From assembly GCF_009914755.1 (NCBI RefSeq), contig NC_060944.1: DNA of 64,000 bases; one strand, given 5' to 3'. The DNA comes from the human T2T-CHM13v2.0 reference genome, Homo sapiens. Both the position numbers and the translations under genes were made by a program. Under the pieces are notes generated by a model. That model was not told the origin of the DNA. It searched no databases and worked only from the letters and a program-made list of their open reading frames with translations. Positions within the stretch are counted from its first letter, which is position 1; each line of letters starts with the position of its first letter. Shown here in pieces: positions 27,891 through 41,490 of the stretch.

Positions 27891-30130
27891 ACAATGAGAA
27901 AGGAAGTGCAGATGACATGAAACACAGCCTAGATTGCCAGGCAAAAGCCAGACACAGCTGCCTGTTTCTCATCCTACAGGAGTCATGCAGCTGTCCTTTA
28001 GAAGTGGGAGAACAAGTTATCTTGATGGTGGATATAATCGAAATTTATGATTCCAAAAGTATCACAACTGCCCAGTAATTAAAATTTGACAGTGTTTATA
28101 AGAAAACACTCATGCAATGGATTCCCATGAGAATCGTCCTCCATGAACTGGGAAACTTTTAGTGTGGAAGACTTTGAGCCAGACCCAGAAAAATCCCAGA
28201 TTCATGAGGAACATGGAAGTCAGACTGAGCCAGACTTAGGAAACTCTAGGCCCACAAGGAACATGGGAGTCAGGAAAAGAGGAGGCCAGTGTGGAGGCCA
28301 CATCCAACCCACCATCAGTCCATCTCACTTCATTGTGGCTCCGGGAATGGAAGCTCAATTCTGGAGCTGGCCAGAAGGGCCCCAGTTTGCAATCCAACTT
28401 TTCCCTGCACGATTGAGTCATCCCACCTGGGCACCAGGCCATGCTGTTGACTGTGCAATGAAGGGAATGAGGGGATGCAGTTGGAAGCAACTTCTGTGTC
28501 ATCTGTCTGCACCTTTTTTGCAGGTGAAGGTGCGAGATCCCATCCACACTTCAACAGACTGTATCCTCACCCCTATCTGACCTTATCGTTGCTCACACTC
28601 TGCATCCCAGAATAAAATTCTGAGACAATGGAGGAGTGCCTCCCTGATGACCTGAAGCACCTGCTCAGCTACAAACCAAAACGAGGTAAATTCAAGAAGC
28701 CCTGCGACTGGACTGCTGGGGTCTGGCCCTGGGTTGGCCACAGAACAATAAAGCATGGGGAGTTGTCTGTTTTGGGGTGTGGTGTGTTTCTCTTCTTTGT
28801 AGAAATGTGGCTTTTTGGCAAGGGGAGGTGATTTTGAACCTGGCAGTTGTCAGCCATTCTTCCAAATCACTGTGGATTCAGGAGCCATGGAAAAACAAAG
28901 AACATGGAGACCTTCAGCCCAAGCAGAGCCACAGAGACAGGCCACTGGAAGATGGGGTGACAAAAACAGTGCTGCAGTGTATTAGCCAAATTTCTTTCAG
29001 CAGACTCCACTTACCTCCACACACAGACACACACACACACACAAACTCACATGACCGCAGCCACACACATATCCACAACTTGAAACACTCCCACAGAAAC
29101 ACACATCCCAGCAGCTTCAGAGGCTGTGTGTTTCTGCAGGAAGCTCCTCTTTGGAGAGAGCAGCCTGGGGAACACAGGTGGACTCTACCTAGATATCACG
29201 GAGAGGGGCACATTTCAAAAAGACTCACCCCCACACCCTCCAGGCAGGCCCGTTCGGGCCATCTTCATGGTCAGGTCCCACTGGAGGAGGAGGCACTTGG
29301 AGACTGTGATGTGGGGCACTGGAAACTGTTCCTCTGATTCCTTTCCCCAAAGAGGCTGTGTGCAAGAATTGGGTCCCATGGGGGAAGGGAATACAGTCTG
29401 CTGAGATGTTAAGGGGTGTCCAGGTGATGAAATCATACCGAAGACCCCAGAGGCAGATGTCAGCAGAAAATGGCAGGGCCCTTGAGCTCACTGCCTCTCT
29501 TCATCCTGGGCCTCACAGGGGCTCCTGCTACTCAACATGGCTCTCTGGGAAAGGCAGGAACTATGACAAAGGCAAGTTGAAGGTGAAGCAGAAGTCTCAC
29601 ACTTTGAACAGACCTCACGAGTGCAGATGCAGTTCAGAGAGTGTCTCAGTCGCCGTCTGAGGCAATTGCAAGCCAAAAAAAGTGTGTTTAGGAGCGCTGA
29701 TGAAGAGTAGTATGGACTCCTCATGAAAGCAATGGAAAATCAATTCTTGCCTTGGAGAATGAGAGGGCCTGTGCTAGCATCCAAGCCATGTTCAAGGATT
29801 CCTGCCAGAGGACCCAAAAGCCTCCTGCAAACACCCCAATCCCCCACAGTGAGACCACTACTCACAACCTGGAGTGCAGCCAGCCTACCCGAAGTACTTT
29901 TTACTCCCTGAAATCCCTGGCAGCCAAAAGATCTGTAGAGAGAGGCAGTCCCCCGTAGCAACAGATCAATAAAAGATCCCCTCCACAGTGAAAAAGAACA
30001 TGTAGATGACTGTAACAGAGCCTAGATGACCAGGCAAATCCTGACACCGCTGCCTGCTTCTCATCCTATAGGAATCATGCAGCCCTCTGATAAGAGTGGG
30101 AGAACAAGAGTTTCCTTGTTGGCAGATATG
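27891..30130. repeat. SST1 (MER22/NBL2-related) macrosatellite, ~1.07 units of ~2.09 kb
   Basis: 27891-28035 is repeated with divergence at 29985-30130 (tctcatcct.caggaatcatgcagc...agtgggagaacaag), period 2094 bp; body matches the recalled divergent SST1 unit with internal degenerate CA tract (29018-29105). Confidence 0.72.
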
Positions 30131-33100
30131 GTGAAAATGCTTTGCTATGTGTGGATTTTCTTTTCACAGTTAAAACTTTGTTTTGATTCAGAAGGATAAA
30201 GACACTTTTTTTGTGTCCCTATGAGGGAAAATTTCAAAATCCATTGAGGCCTATAGTGGAAACACCAAATATCCCACGATTAAAAACTACAAAGAAGCTA
30301 TGTCTGAAAATGCTTTCCAATGTGTGATTTTATCTCACAGAGTTAAACATTTCTTGTGATTCAGTAGGCTGGAAACTCTCCTTTTCTGGAATCTAAGAGG
30401 GGATATTACAGAGCAAATTGAGGCCTATAGTAAGAAACTGACTATCCTGTGATAAAAACTGGAAACAAACTATCAGTGAAATGCTTTGTGATGTCTGGAT
30501 TTATCTCACAAAGCTAAATCTTTGTTTTAATTCAGCAGTTTAGAAACACTTTCACTGTAGGATCTGCAAAGGGACATTTTGGAGCCCACTGATGCCTATA
30601 GAGAAAAATGGAATATCCCGTGATGAAAACTTAATGCAAGCTATCTGTCAAAAGGCTTTGCGAGGCATGGAATTATCTCACAGAGCCAACTTTTTGTTTT
30701 GATTCAGCATGTTGGAAACATGTTTTTTTGTAGAATCTAAGATGAGACATTTTGAAGCACATTGAGGCCTGGAGTTTAAAACCAAATATCCTGCGATAAA
30801 AACTAGAAACAAGCTATCTGTGAAAATGCTTTGTGATCTGTGAAATAATGTCACACAGTTAAACCTTTGTTTTAATTCAACAATTTGGAAACACTCTTTC
30901 TGTAGAATCTACAAAGGGACATTTCGGAGCGCATGGAGGTCTATAGTGAAAAACAGAATATCTCATGATAAAAACTAGGAGTAAGCTATGTGCGAAAATG
31001 CTTTAGGATGTGTGGGCTCATCTCAAAGAGTTATACCTTTCTGTTGATTCATCAGGTTGAAAGCAGTCTTTTTGTAGTATCTACCAATAAACTTTTCAAA
31101 GCCCATTGAGGCCTACAGTGAAAAACAGAATATCCTGCGGAAAAAAACTAGAAGTTTGCTATCTGTGAACATGCTTTGTGATGTGTCGATTCATCTTACA
31201 AATTTAAACCTTTCTTTTGATTCCATAGGTTGGAAACACTCTTTTTGTTGAATCTAAAAAGAAAAAATGTCAGAGCTCATTGGGGCCTATAGTAAAACAA
31301 ACAAATAAACAAACACAAAAAACAAATATTACACGATGAAAACTAAAAACAAGCTATCAGTGAAAATGTTTTGTGATGTGTGGATTCTTCTCACAGAGTT
31401 AAACTTTTTTTATTTAGCATTTTGGAAACACTCTTTTTGTAGAATCTTTGGAGGGACATTTCGGAGCCCTTTGAGGCATACAGTGAAAAACTGAATATCC
31501 CATGATAGAAACTAGAAATAAGGTATCAGTGAAAATGGTTTGTGATGTGTTGATTCATCTCCTAGAGTTAAATCTTTGATTCAACAGGTTGAAAACACTT
31601 TTATTGTAGAATCTATGAAGAGCATTTTCAAAGACCTTTGAGGCCCATAATGAAAAATCAATTATCCTGTGATAAAAACTAGAAAGAAGATATCTGTCCA
31701 AATGCTTTGCAATGTTTGGATTCATCTCACAGAGTTAAACCACTGTTTTAATTCAGCAATTTGGAAACACTCTTTTTGTTGAATCTACGAATGGGAATTT
31801 CTGAGACCTTTGAGGCATATTGTAAAAAAGCGAATATCCCTCACACACAAAACTAGAAAACAGCTATCTGTGAGAACGACTGGCAGTGTCTGGATTCATC
31901 TCACAGAGTTAAATATTTGTTATCATTCAGCAGGCTAGAAACACGTTTTTTGTAAATCTAAGGAAAGACATTTTGAACCCCTGAGGCCTATAGTGAGAAA
32001 CAGAATATCCCATGATAAAAACTACAAACAAGTTATCTGCGAAAATGCTTTGTGATATGTGAAATAATGTCACATATTTAAAACTTTGTTTTAATTCAGC
32101 AGTTTGGAAACACTGTTTTTGTAGATTCTACATAAAAACATTTCAGAGCCCATTGAGGCCTATAGTGAAAGACCAAATATCCCATGAAAGAAACTAGAAG
32201 CAAGCTATCTGTGAAAAAGATTTGCAATGTGTGGATCCAACTCACAGAGTTAAAACTTTCTTCTGATTCGGCAGAATCTGAACATTCAGTTCAATCAGAA
32301 TTTAAACACTCCTTTTCTAGAATGTACGAAGAAACATTTCAGAGCCCATTGAAACCTATAGTGAAAACCCTAATATCTCATGATAAAAAATGGAAACAAC
32401 CTATCTGTAAAAATGCTTTGGGATGTGTGGATTCATCTTCCAGAGTTAAATATTTGTTTTGATTCAGCAGAATGGAAACACTCTTTATGTAGAATTTATG
32501 AAGGGCCATTTCAGAGCCCATTGAGACCTGCAGTGAAAGATCAAATATCTCCCCCCACCCAAAAAAAAAAAAAAACAAGAAAAAAGCTATCTGTGAAAAT
32601 GCTTTGCCATTGTGGATTCATGCCACAGAGTTAAACCAGTGTTTTAAATATGCAGGTTGGAAACATTCTTTTTGCAGAATCTACAAAGAAATATTTCAAA
32701 GCCCATTGAAGCCTATAGTGAAAAACAAAACATGTGGAGAAAAAAACTACAAACAAGCTATCTGTGAAAATGCTTTCCAATGTGTGGATTCATATCATGG
32801 AGTTAAACCTTTCTTTTGATTAAGCAGGTTGAAAGCAGTCTGTTTTTAGAATCTATGAGAAGACATTTTAGTGCCCATTGAGTCCTATGGTGAAAAACTG
32901 AATATCCTGTGATAAAAATAAGAAACAGGCTATCTGTGAAAATGCTTTGCAATGCATAGATTTAACTCCACAGAGTTAAACCTTTGTTTTGATTTAGCTG
33001 GTTGGAAACACTCTTTTTGTGGAATCTACAAAGGGACAATATGGAGCCCCTGGAGAAGTATTTGGAAAAAGCGAGTATCCTACAATGAAAAGTAGAAAGA

Positions 33101-36100
33101 AGATATCTGTGAAAATGTTTTGCAATGTGTGGATCTATCTCACAGAGTTAAACCTTTGTTTTGATTCAGCAGGCTGGAAACCCTCTTTTTGCAGATTGTA
33201 CAAAAGGACATTACAAAGCTCATTGAGACCTATAGTGAAAAGTTAAATATCCCACAGTGAAAACTAGAAACAAGCTATCTGTGAAAAGGTCTTGTGATTT
33301 GGGGAATCATCTCTCAGAGTTCAACATATGTTATTTTTTCAGCATGTTGAAAACACTATTTTTGTAGAATATATGAAGGGACATTTCGGAGCCCATGGAG
33401 AAGTACATTAAAACACTGAATATCCTGCAATAAAAACTACAAACCAGCTATCTGTGAAAATGCTTTGCATTGTGTGGATTCCTTCCACAGAATCAAACAT
33501 TTGTTTTGATTCAGCAGGTTGGAAACACTCTTTTTGTAGAATCTACTAAGGGCCATTTCAGAGTCCATTGAGGACTACTACAGTGAAAGACCGAATATCC
33601 CATGATAAAAACTAGAAACAAGCTATCTGTGAAAATGCTTTGCAGTGTGCAGATTCATCTCAAAGAGTTAAACAACTGTTTTAATTTGGCAGACTTTAAA
33701 ATCTCTTTTTGCACAATCTACGAAGAAACATTTCAAAACCCATTGAAACCTACAGTGAAAAACAAAATACGAGGAGATATAAACTACAAACAAGCTATCT
33801 GTGAAAATCCTTTGGGATGTGTGTATTCACATCACAGAGTTAAACCTTTGTTTTGATTAAGCAAGTTGGAAACAGTCAGTTTGTAGAATCTAGGAGAAGA
33901 CATTTTGGTGCCCATTGAGGCCTATAGTGAAAAATGAAATATCCCACAATAAAAACAAAACAAACAAACAAACAAAACCAAGCTATCTGTGAAAATATTT
34001 TGCTATGTGTGGATTCACCTCACTGAGTTAAATCTTTATTTTGATTCAGCACTTTGAAAACCCTCTTTTTGTACAATCTGTGAGAGTCATTTGGGAGCCT
34101 ATTGAGGTCTATAGTGAAAAACCAAGTATCTCATGATAAAAGCTAGAAACTAGCAATCTGTGAAAGTGCTTTGCAATGTATGGATATATCTCACAGATTT
34201 AAACACTTATTTTGATTCAGTAGGTCGGAAACACTCTTTTTGTAAAATCTACATAGGGACATTTCAGAGTACATGAAAGACATTAGTGAAAAACTGAAAA
34301 TCCCATGACAAAAACTAGTAAAAATCTATCTGTGAAAATACTTTGTGATGTGTCAATTCATATCACAGAGTTAAACCTTGTTTTAATTCAGCAGGTTGAA
34401 ACACTGTTTTTGTAGAAACTAAAATGGCAAATTTCAGAGAAAATTAAGGCCTAAAGTTAAAAATGTTATATCTCAAGATAAAAACTAGAAACAAGCTATA
34501 TATGAGAATGCTTTGTGATGTGTGGATTCAACTCACAGGGTTAAACCTTTGTTTTTATTCAGCAGGTTGTAAATGCTTTCTTTGTAGTCTATGAAGGGAC
34601 ATTTCAGAGTCCATCAAGAAGTATATGAAAAAACTGAACATCCTGCAATGAAAACTAGACACAAGCTATCTGTGAAAATTCCTTCCTATGTGTGGATTCC
34701 TCTCACAGTATAAAACCTTTGTTTTTATTCAGCAGACCAAAATCATTCTTTTTGTAGAATGTACAAAGGGACATTTTGGAGCCCATTGTGCCCTGTCATG
34801 AAAAACTGAGTATCACGTGATAAAAACTAGAAACAAGCCAACTGTGAAAATGTTTTATGATCTGTTATTTTATGTCACAGAGTTAAACCTTTGTTTTTAT
34901 TCAGCAGGTTGAAAACACTCTTTTTGTAGACTCTATGAGGGGACATTTCAGAGCCTATTGAGGTCTCCAGTGAAAAATCAAATATCCCGTGATAAAAACC
35001 AGAAACAAGCTATCTGTGAAAATGCTTTGAGATGTGTAGATTTATAGATTTATCTCACAGAATTAAAGGTTTGATTTATCAGGTTGCAACACTCTATTTG
35101 TAGAATCTACGAGGGGACATTTCAGAGACCATTGAGGCCTACACTGAAAAAACTGAATATCCCATGATAAAAATCAGATATAAGCTATTAGTAAAAATGC
35201 TTTGCAATGTGTGGACTTATCTCACAAAGTTAAACCATTGTTTTGATTTAGCAGGTGAGAAACACTCTATGTAGAATCTAAGAAGACACATTTCAGAGCC
35301 CATTGAGGCCTAAAGTAAAACATCAAATATCCCACAATAAAAAATAGAAACAAGCTATATTGGAAAATGATTTGTGATGTGTAGATTCATTTCAGAGAAT
35401 TAAACCTTTGCTTTGATTGAGCAGGATTGAAGCACTCTTTTTGTAGAATCTACAAAGGGACACTTTGAAGCCCATTGAGGCCTATAGTCAAAAACCAATT
35501 ATCCCATGATAAAAACTAGAAAAAAGCCATCAGTGAAAATGCCTTGTGATGTGTGGATTTCTCCCACAGAGTTATACCTTTGTCTTGATTCAGTCAGTTG
35601 GATACAGTCTTTTCATAGAATCTATGAAGGGACATTTCAGAGCCCATGGAGGAATATATTGAAAAACTGAATATCTCGTGACGTAAAGTAAAAACAAGTT
35701 ATTTGTGAAAATGTTTTGTGATGTGTCGATTCATCTCACAGTGTTAAGCCTTTATTTTTATACAGCATTTTGGAAACACTCTTTTAGTAGAATCTAAGAG
35801 GGGACATTTCTGAGCCCTTTGAGGCCTATTGTAAAATATACAATATTCTGCGATCAAAAGTAGAAACAAGCTATCTGTGAAAATGCTTGCAATGTGTGGA
35901 TTCACCTCAAAGAGTTAAAGTTTTGTTTTGGTTCAGCAGGTTAGAAACATTCTTTTTGTAGAACCTACAAAGGGCATTTCTGAGCCCAGTGAAGACTATA
36001 GTGAAAAACCGAATATTCCACGATAAAAACTAGAAAAAAAATCTGTGAAAATGCTTTGCGATATTTGAATTTATCTCACAACATTAAATATTTGTTTTGA

Positions 36101-36522
36101 TTCAACAGTTTGGAAACTGCTTTTTTTTTTGTACAATTTATGAGGATGTATTTCAAAGCCCATTGAGGCTTATAGTGAAAAACCGAATATTCTGAGATAA
36201 AAACTATATGAAGCTGTCTCTGAAAATGATTTATGATTGGTGATTTCATCTCACAGAATTAAACCATTCTTTTGACTCAGCAGGATGGAAACACTCTTTT
36301 GGTAAAATCTTCAATAGGACATTTCAGAGCAAATTGATGCCTACAGTGAAAAACCGAATATCCAGCAATAATGTGCAGATTCATCTTACAAAGTTAAACC
36401 TTTATTTTGCTTCAGATGCTTGAAAACTCACTGTTTGTAGAATCTATGAGGGTATAATTTGAAGCCAATATAAGCCTGTAGTGAAAAACCAATATCGCAC
36501 AATAAAAGTAAAAAAAGCTATT

Positions 36523-36802
36523 GGCCAGGTGTGGTGGCTCACGCCTGTAATCCCAGGACTTTGGGAGGCTGAGGCAGGCAGATCACAAGGTCAGGAGATC
36601 GAGACCATCCTGGCTAACATGGTGAAACCCCGTCTCTACTGAAAACACAAAAAATTGGCCAGGCCTGGTGGCGGGCACCTGTAGTCCCAGCTACTTGGGA
36701 GGCTGAGGCAGGAGAATGGCGTGAACCCAGGAAGCCGAGATCAGGCCACTGCACTCCAGCCTGGGTGACTGAGTGAGACTCTATCTAAAAAAAAAAAAAA
36801 AA
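36523..36802 (+). mobile_element. AluY-type inserted in alpha satellite
   Basis: gatcacaaggtcaggagatcgagaccatcctggctaac and gaatggcgtgaacc; ~16-nt right-arm deletion; the monomer resumes ctacctgtgaaaat. Confidence 0.93.
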
Positions 36803-37734
36803 CTACCTGTGAAAATACTTTGTGATGTGTGGATTTATCTCAAAAAGTTAAACGTTGTTTTGATTCAGCAGGTTAAAACACTCTTTTTGTGAAATCTACA
36901 GAGGAATCTTTCAAAGCCCATTGAAGCCTATAGTGAAAAATCAATATCCCGAGATAAAAACTAGAAACAAGCTATCAGGGAAAATGCTTTGCAATGTGAA
37001 GATTTATCTCACAGAGATAAACCTTTATTTACATACAGCAGGTTGGGGGACACTCTTTTTGTAGAATTAAGAAGTTACAATTAAGCCTCCATTGAAGCCT
37101 ATAGTGAAAAACCCAATATCCAGTGATGAACCCTAGAAACAAGCTATTTGTGAAAATTCTTTGTGATGTGTGATTTCATATCAAAGAGTTAAACCTTTAT
37201 TTTTGTTCAGAAAAATGAAAAACTTTTTTTGTAGAATCTGCAAAGAGACATTTCTGAGACCATTGAGGCCAATAGTAAAGAATCAAATGTCTCATCATAA
37301 AAGCTAGAAACAAGCTATTTGTGTGCTTTCCAATGTGTAGATTCATTTCACAGAGTTAAACCTTTGCTTTTATACAGGGAGTTGGGCACACTTTTATAGA
37401 ACCTATGAATGGACATTTCAGAGTTCATTGAGGCCTATACTGAAAAACCAAATATCCTGTGATAAAAATTAGGAAAAAACTGTCTGTGAAAATGCTTTGT
37501 GAGGTTTGGAGTCATCTCACAGATTTAAGCTGTAGTTTTGATTCAGCAGGTAGGAAACACTGTTTTTGTAAAATCTACTATGAGACATTTCTGAGCCCGA
37601 TGAGGCATATAGTGAAAAACCGAATATCATGCTTTAAAAACTAGAAACAAGTGATCTGAAAATATGCTTTGTGATGTGTGGATTCCTCTCAAAGAGTTAC
37701 ACATTTGCTTTGATTCAGCAGTTTTAAAACACTC

Positions 37735-38238
37735 GTTTATTATTATTATTATACTTTAAGTTTTAGGGTACATGTGCACAATGTGCAGGTTAGTTACTTA
37801 TGTATACATGTGACATGCTGGTGCGCTGCACCCACTAACTCGTCATCTGGCATTAGGTATATCTCCCAATGCTATCTCTCCCTCCTCCCCCCACCCCACA
37901 ACACTCCCCAGAGTGTGATGTTCCCCTTCCTGTGTCCAGGTGTTCTCATTGTTCAATTCCCACCTATGAGTGAGAATATGCGGTGTTTGTTTTTTTGTTC
38001 TTGCGATAGTTTACTGAGAATGATGATTTCCAATTTCATCCATGTCCCTACAAAGGACATGAACTGGGTATATACCCAAAGGACTACAAATCATGCTGCT
38101 ATAAAGACACATGCACATGTATGTTTATTGCGGCACTATTCACAATAGAAAAGACATGGAACCAACCCAAATATCCAACAGTGATAGACTAGATTAAGAA
38201 AATGTGGCACATATACACCATGGAATACTATGCAGCCA
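37735..38238 (-). mobile_element. 5'-truncated, 5'-inverted L1PA2-like insertion
   Basis: Antisense 3' end 37735-38065 (gatgacGAGttagtggg on minus strand), inverted sense piece 38063-38243, TSD taaaacactc at 37725 and 38239. Confidence 0.93.
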
Positions 38239-40061
38239 TAAAACACTCTTGTTATTAATCTACAAAGGGATATTTTGGAGTGCTTGAGGCCTTTTGTGAA
38301 AAACCAAATATCCCACAATAAAAATTAGAAACAAGCCATCTGTGAAGATGCTTTGTGATGCCTGGATTTATCTCACAGAGTTAAACCTTCCTTTTTATTC
38401 CATAGGTTGGAAACACTCATTTTGTACAATCTACAAAGGGACATTTCAGAGCTCGTTGAGGCTAATATTGGAAAATCTAATATCCTGTGATAAATACTAT
38501 AAAGAAGCTGTTTCTGAAAATACTTTGTGATGTGTGATTTTATGTCAAAAGTTGAACTTTTCTTTTGATTCATCAGTTTGGAAACTGTTTTTGTAGAATC
38601 TACAAGGGGAGATTTCATAACCCATTGAAGCACACAGTGAAAAATCAAATATCTCTTGATAAAAACTCAAAGCAACCTATCTGTAAAAATGTTTTGCAAT
38701 GGGTAGATTCATCTTACAAAGTTAAACCTGTGTTTTCCTTCAGCAGGTTGGAAACTCTTTGGTTGTTCAATCTACAAGGCAACAATTCATAGTCCATTGA
38801 GGCATTTAGTGAAAAACCAATAATCCATGGTAAAAATTAGAAAAAAGCTATGGGTGAAAATGCTTTGAGATGTGTGGTTTCATCTCACAAAGTTAAAACT
38901 TTGTTTTGATTCAACAGGTTGGAAACACTCTTTTTGTAGAATCTACAAAGGGACATTTCAGAGCCCATTGATGCTTACAGTGAAAAACCAAATACCCCAG
39001 GATAAAAACTAGAAACAGGCTATCTGTGAAAAAGCTTTGCATATCATCTCACAGAATTGAACATTTGTTTTGATTCAGCAGGTTGGAAATATTCTTTTTG
39101 TAGAATCTACAAGGGGAACTTTGGGAGCAAATTGAGGCCTATAGCATGAAATCGAATATTCTGCAATAAAAACTAGAGAAAATCTATCTATAAAAATGGT
39201 TTGTGATGTGTGGGTTCATCTCACAAAGTTAAATCTTTGTTTTCATTCAGCATGTTGGAAACCCCTTTTTATAGAACTTATGAGGGGGCATTTCATGGCC
39301 CATGGAGGCCTATAGTGAAAAACTGAATATTATATGATAGAAACTATAGAAGCTATATGTGAAAATGCTTTGCAATTTACGGTTTCATCTCATACAGCTT
39401 AAACTTTCTTTTGATTCAGCTAAGTTGGAAACACTCTTTTTGTAGAATGTATGAAGGGACATTTTGGATCCCACTGAGGCCTATAGTGAAAAGCTGAATA
39501 ATTCATGATAAAAACTAGAAGAAAGCTATCTGTGAAATTGCTTTGCAATGTGGGGATTTATTTCACAGAGTTAAACTTTTGTTTCTACACAGTAGGTTCA
39601 AAACTCTCTTTTAGTAGAAGCTAAGAGGGGACAATTTAGAGCCCTTTGAGGCTTATAGGGAACAATTCAAAGTTTTGTGATTAAAAACTAGATAGAAACT
39701 ATCTGTAAAAATGTTTGGTGATGTGAAAATTCATCTCACAGTGTTAAACATTTGTTTTGATTCAGTACGTTGGCAAAAATTTTTGTAGACTGTACAAAGG
39801 GACATTTTGGAGACCACTGAGACCAATATTGAAAAAATGAACATCTTGCTATAAAACTAGAAAAGTTCTTGGTGAAAACGCTTTCTGATGTGTGAATTCA
39901 TCTCACAGATGTAAACCTTTGTTTTCATTCAGCCAGTTGGAAACACGCTTTTTATAGAGTTCAGGAGGGGATATTTCAGAGCCCATTGAAGCCTCTATTT
40001 GAATACTGAATATTCCTAGTGACATATGGTGTTGAGCATCTTTTCAGAGGTCTAAGAAATG

Positions 40062-40220
40062 TGCCAGGTATGGTGACACACGCTTGTGGTCCCAGCTACT
40101 CAGGAAGCTGAGGTGGGAGGGTTACTTGAGCCCTGGAGGTTGGGGCTGCATTGAGCCATGATTGTACCACTGCACTCCAGCCTGAGTGACAGAGCTAAAA
40201 CCTGTCTAAAAAGATAAATA
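40062..40220 (+). mobile_element. FRAM / AluJ right arm
   Basis: ggtcccagctactcaggaagctgagg...gagccatgattgtaccactgcactccagcc. Confidence 0.85.
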
Positions 40221-40221
40221 A

Positions 40222-41490
<1,269 letters not shown>

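Larger units (their letters stand above)
30131..40014 (+). repeat. Divergent monomeric alpha satellite (ancient layer), roughly 53 x ~171 bp
   Basis: Head-to-tail ~171-bp units gtgaaaatgctttgtgatgtgtggattcatctcacagagttaaacc...gggacatttcagagcccattgaggcctatagtgaaaaa...aactagaaacaagctatct; single orientation; no CENP-B box seen. Confidence 0.97.

Noticed and set aside
28143-29961. ORFs up to 186 aa in the SST1-like unit
   Set aside because: They lie within satellite sequence; the HTDTHTHT stretch comes from the CA tract; no protein family recognised.
27891-30130. LTR retroelement suggested by terminal direct repeats
   Set aside because: No TG...CA ends, PBS, PPT or TSD seen; better explained as one satellite unit plus the start of the next.
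32184-38792. Recurring ORFs (KLSVKML..., QAICENA...) resembling a repeat protein
   Set aside because: They are translations of 171-bp alpha-satellite monomers.
30131-40014. CRISPR-like array or active centromeric HOR
   Set aside because: Contiguous 171-bp units without unique spacers in eukaryotic DNA; too divergent for a live HOR and lacking CENP-B boxes.
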